Positions 60,401 through 64,000 of a DNA stretch of 64,000 nucleotides are shown piece after piece. The DNA comes from Raillietiella orientalis. Its lineage: Eukaryota. Position 1 is the stretch's first letter, and each line of letters begins with the position of its first letter. The position numbers and the translations under genes are program-made. The stretch covers positions 1,178,001 through 1,242,000 of the forward strand of contig JAYWIR010000027.1 in NCBI GenBank assembly GCA_036172245.1. Reading direction: 5' to 3'. The notes under the pieces were generated by a model. That model saw only the letters and a list, made by a program, of their open reading frames with translations, made no database searches and was not told the origin of the DNA.

Positions 60401-63400
60401 CGACGCGCGCTTCCAGGGGCCAATCCTCCTCCTCCTCCGCCTGGCTGTCTTCGACTCCTCGCCTCCAGCATCCCCTTCGCCGCCGCTGCCGCCGCCTCCA
60501 AACCCCATGACCTCCGTGGCTCCGTCCGCGAACCTCAGACGCTTCTTCTTCCTTCCGGGGGCGTCCTGCCCACCCCCATAAGGACGCCAGCGAAGTCAGA
60601 GAGTGCCCGTGCCCTCGCAGAAAGGGAGGGGCTTCCGGTGGTCGTCGCCGCCGACGCCGGCTTCACGCGCAGCTGCAGCATCCCGGACGCCCAGCAGGCG
60701 CTCCAGCCGGAAGCGCCGTAGACGGCGGGTCCGGTAGACCGTGATGACGTGAGGACCGTGCCGAAAAGCTGCCGGCGGGGCGCCTGCCTCTGCTCCTTTG
60801 CGGGCCCGAAGCTGTCGGAGCACATGCCATCCTGCCTCCAGGCGTTCCGCACGAAGATGCGCCCCTCGCGCGGCGCGAACCGGAGACAGGTTTGGTCTCC
60901 AAGATGACGGCGTCTCACGCCTCCTCCGAGGCTCCGCGCGTGCTCAGTCAGCAACCACGCGCGGGAGGTACGGGAGAAGAGGAAGAAAGGACGAGGCGCC
61001 GGGCTGTCTCAGCGTGAGCCCGCCGGTCGTCGCGCGGTCGGAGGGCGCGACCGGAATGACCCGGCGCGCGGCGTTGCCCGACGCAGGACCTGGGGGTCTT
61101 CGCGTGGGGTTCCCCTCTGCAGGAGGAGCCGCCCCTCCCTGCGCCCTTTAGCATGCAGAGGCAGGAAGTCGCGACTTCCACGGTGGTCCTGAGCACGTTC
61201 CTCTCGCACGCCCGCGCCGCCCCGACCCGCGGCTGGGGCCTCGACCTGGGCTGATCGTTCCTAGTGCGCAGAGGGCGGCTCCAGGGAAGAGAGGGGGAGA
61301 GCAAAGGAGGAGGCGCCTGTGCAACCACCTCTGCCTCCCGGTGCTCCACAACTCATCCCCACGGCGATGCGTCTCGAGGGCGCGATGCACATCCGGGAAA
61401 TGCTGCACGCTCGGCAACGGCGTCTCCTTCCTGACGCGCTCTCCCTGTCGCCCGGGAATTCCCAATTCCCAAAACACTCCATCATTCGCCGCATCCCCGT
61501 ATCCCAGAGATCTTAGGACGATTGCTCCTGCGGTCGCAGGCTCCTTTGATGGAAGGTCATCCCTCTCCTCTCTCCCTCTTGCAGCTTCCGACGGCGTTGA
61601 CGAATGGACCAGTGACGTGAGCAATGGCGTCCGCTATGGAAACGTCTGGCTAGGATCGACTACCCCCCCCCCCCCATCCCCCTTGTTCTCCGCGCTCTCT
61701 TCTCTCCAGCTTCGACCCTCCTTCCGGGACGCGCTCATTGAGGGATGGTGTCTAAGGGAAGCCCTCCCTCGATCCGAGGTCTCCGTGTCCTTCCACTCCG
61801 GCTTCTGGGGCACCCGCCGAAGGTGGGTGGGACCAGGAGATTCGTTTCTTCTTTGGCACCTTCCGGAGACCGGCGCCATGCCTGGTGCGGCAACGTCCGC
61901 TCGACTGGAACGTCAAGTCGCCCTCCACCGGCTCGACTGGATCCCCTCGTGCCCGAGGCATTCGCCTTCGTCAGCGGAAGATGCCCCGAGTCTTGAAGCT
62001 GACCAACGCACCGCAAAGTCATCCCTGGATGCGGAAGTTTCGCCACGAGAGACGTTTCATGACGCCTCGGGTTGAAATCTGCACGCGACCTGGTGGTGAC
62101 CTCCCTCCCCATGCAAGCTTGAAGCGTCCTTTCTCCGGCGTCTGTCTCGCCCCGGTCCTGCCTGAGGCGCGCTCGCTTTTCCGCCATCCACGCTCTCTTC
62201 GGCCATCGGTGGGCACACATCCCGCTGTCCGACGATCCTGGTGGTCCGTCGCTGGCTCCCGCAGGCGCCTTCCCGGACCCGCACGCTGCGCCCCTTCGGG
62301 ACGGACCGTGGACCCGCAGAGGTCAGCCGCCCGAAAGAGCAGCCGCCTGCAGGGAAGTCGCCGTCATCGCCGGGCAGGTTGTGCGGCCCGAGACGTCGCC
62401 AGAAGGGACGTCTCGACCCGCCTGTCGGCATACGGCGACACCGTGGTCAGCATCCTCGGCTCCATCGTCCACATCGCTGCCACCGTCATCTTCGCCGTTG
62501 CCGTGATTGCTGTCATCGATGCTTCGTTCTGGTCGTCGAAAGCGCGGGAAGTGGCTCCAGCTCTCGCGCTTGCGGACGTCGGATCCGGAGGAACGCTTCC
62601 GGGAAGATGGGAGGGGCGGGCGGCTGCCAGGAACAGGGAAGGAGAAGCGGTGAAGGCCGAGCTCGCCGTCGGGAAACGTCGCAGCGCTGCGAGGAGACTG
62701 AGGGACCGGCATGTGCACGAAGACAGTCGCGTCGGTGACCTCGCCAGAGGGTTACTCGTCCCTCATCATCGTGGTCGGGGCGACCTGACCTGACCCACGA
62801 GAAACCCTGCCATCTGCTCTCAGTGGACGCTTCCAGGCTTCGAAGGCGCAGCGGCCTCCGAGTGGAGCGACGGCGGTGGCGCCGCTCCTCGGTGTAGGGC
62901 GCGGTGCAGACAGTACCGTCTGTAAGACAACGTCCCGTGGATTGAGGAGGATCTGCCTACAAATCTGAAAAAGAACGCGGGGTTTGATGCTGAAGGCGGC
63001 CTCTTGGTCAGATGGCCTTCAGAAAGAACGCCACGAAGGATGGAAAACGCAACGGCCCGAGCAAGAGGAGCAGAGGGAGGAAGAGCGCTGCCGGCAACTT
63101 CCACCGGGTTCGGACAAACGTCACGCCACCCCTCAAGGTCAGGAATTGGGAGGAAGAGGAATTCGCGATTGTGGTCATGGTGCTAGTAGAGGAAAAAAGG
63201 AGGAAGGATGGAAAAGAGGAGCTGGGAAGGAAGGGACGAGGGGGAGGAGGAGGAAGTGAAGAGGATGGGAGGAAGGGGGGGAGGGAGAAAAGGAGGCAGA
63301 AAAAAAGGAAGAGGAGGACGACGAGGAAGGAGAAGAAAGAAAGGGCGGACAGGAGATACGCAAATTCAAACGGAGTTGCAAGGGCTGCAGCATCAGCGGT

Positions 63401-64000
63401 CCAGCTCCTCGAAGAGAGACCCGCAGACACTCCCGCGGGAGCCTGAAGAACCGCATCTGCCTCTTCGTAGGACGCCGGCGACCCGTTGTTCCCCTCCAGC
63501 AACACGCAAAATTCTTTGAGCCACACCCCCACTCCCATTCTGAGCGCGTTCAGATATTCTCCTCTTGGCGCCGCGCCCAGCTCCCGCACGCATTCGGAAA
63601 GGAGCGCGGACTCTGGAGCGTGGCACCCCACCTCCATTCCTCCCACCCTCGAGCACCTGAGACGGCGACCACCGGGAATGCCTGTCCGGTGGGCGGCGCT
63701 TTCGGTTGCGCTCCCGCTCGAACGACCGGAGCTGACGATCGCCGCAGCCTCCGCGCGCCCCTCGGAGCGAACGGGCAACGGTCCCTGATCGACCGAGGAG
63801 AGGATGGCGCCAGCACTTCGATGGCCCTGAGGGAAGGAGGCGACGGCGAAGCAGCACGCAGACGGCGTCCCGCTCTCCTCCGCGGACCGCACGACTGCGA
63901 GGCGGCAGCAACGCCGCAGGCGACCAAGGACGCCTGCACGCGCCTGCGGGAGGAAACCGCGCGCCCGCTCCTCCGGGGCGGGCGTATCCTGCGGGATGCG

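Noticed and set aside
60535..60954. Astacin-like words TCLRFAPR...GMCSDSFG...GTVL on -
   Set aside because: No HExxHxxGxxH zinc motif follows and no convincing splice sites; probably chance, or too decayed to call.
63008..63892. 294-aa minus-strand ORF with a protein-like middle (GEYLNALRMGVGVWLKEFCVLLE)
   Set aside because: The remainder is a translated pyrimidine low-complexity tract; possibly a TE remnant but unassignable.
1..64000. CRISPR array, operons or other prokaryotic systems
   Set aside because: The window is intron-containing eukaryotic DNA; no regularly spaced repeats with unique spacers were seen.

Overview
Eukaryotic (metazoan, most likely arthropod) nuclear DNA, mostly GC-rich, with an AT-rich island at about 32.6-43.4 kb. 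Two spliced genes can be built by hand with consistent GT-AG sites and codon phases. (1) A neurensin-family gene on + (coding exons 8827-8955 and 10968-11408, 189 aa). (2) A convergent, catalytically inactive DPP IV-family gene (DPP10/DPP6-like) on -, with 14 well-supported coding exons at 12732-27278 and a probable first coding exon at 53085-53153, giving about 804 aa and a ~25.8 kb first intron. The most striking structure is an 884-bp, ~99% identical inverted repeat in DPP introns 3 and 8 that brackets exons 4-8, a geometry suited to back-splicing, exon-block skipping or inversion. Other points of interest: a phase-consistent multi-exon upstream reading frame that stops 9 nt before the neurensin ATG (possible bicistronic mRNA), and several candidate alternative first exons for the DPP gene. 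The AT-rich island contains a CpG-depleted tract, decayed reading frames (one broken only by TGA) and a foldback hairpin. Degenerate LINE, hAT-MITE, piggyBac and tRNA-SINE remnants are also present. No CRISPR array, rRNA or intact tRNA was found. Most long ORFs in the supplied track are GC-rich artefacts.
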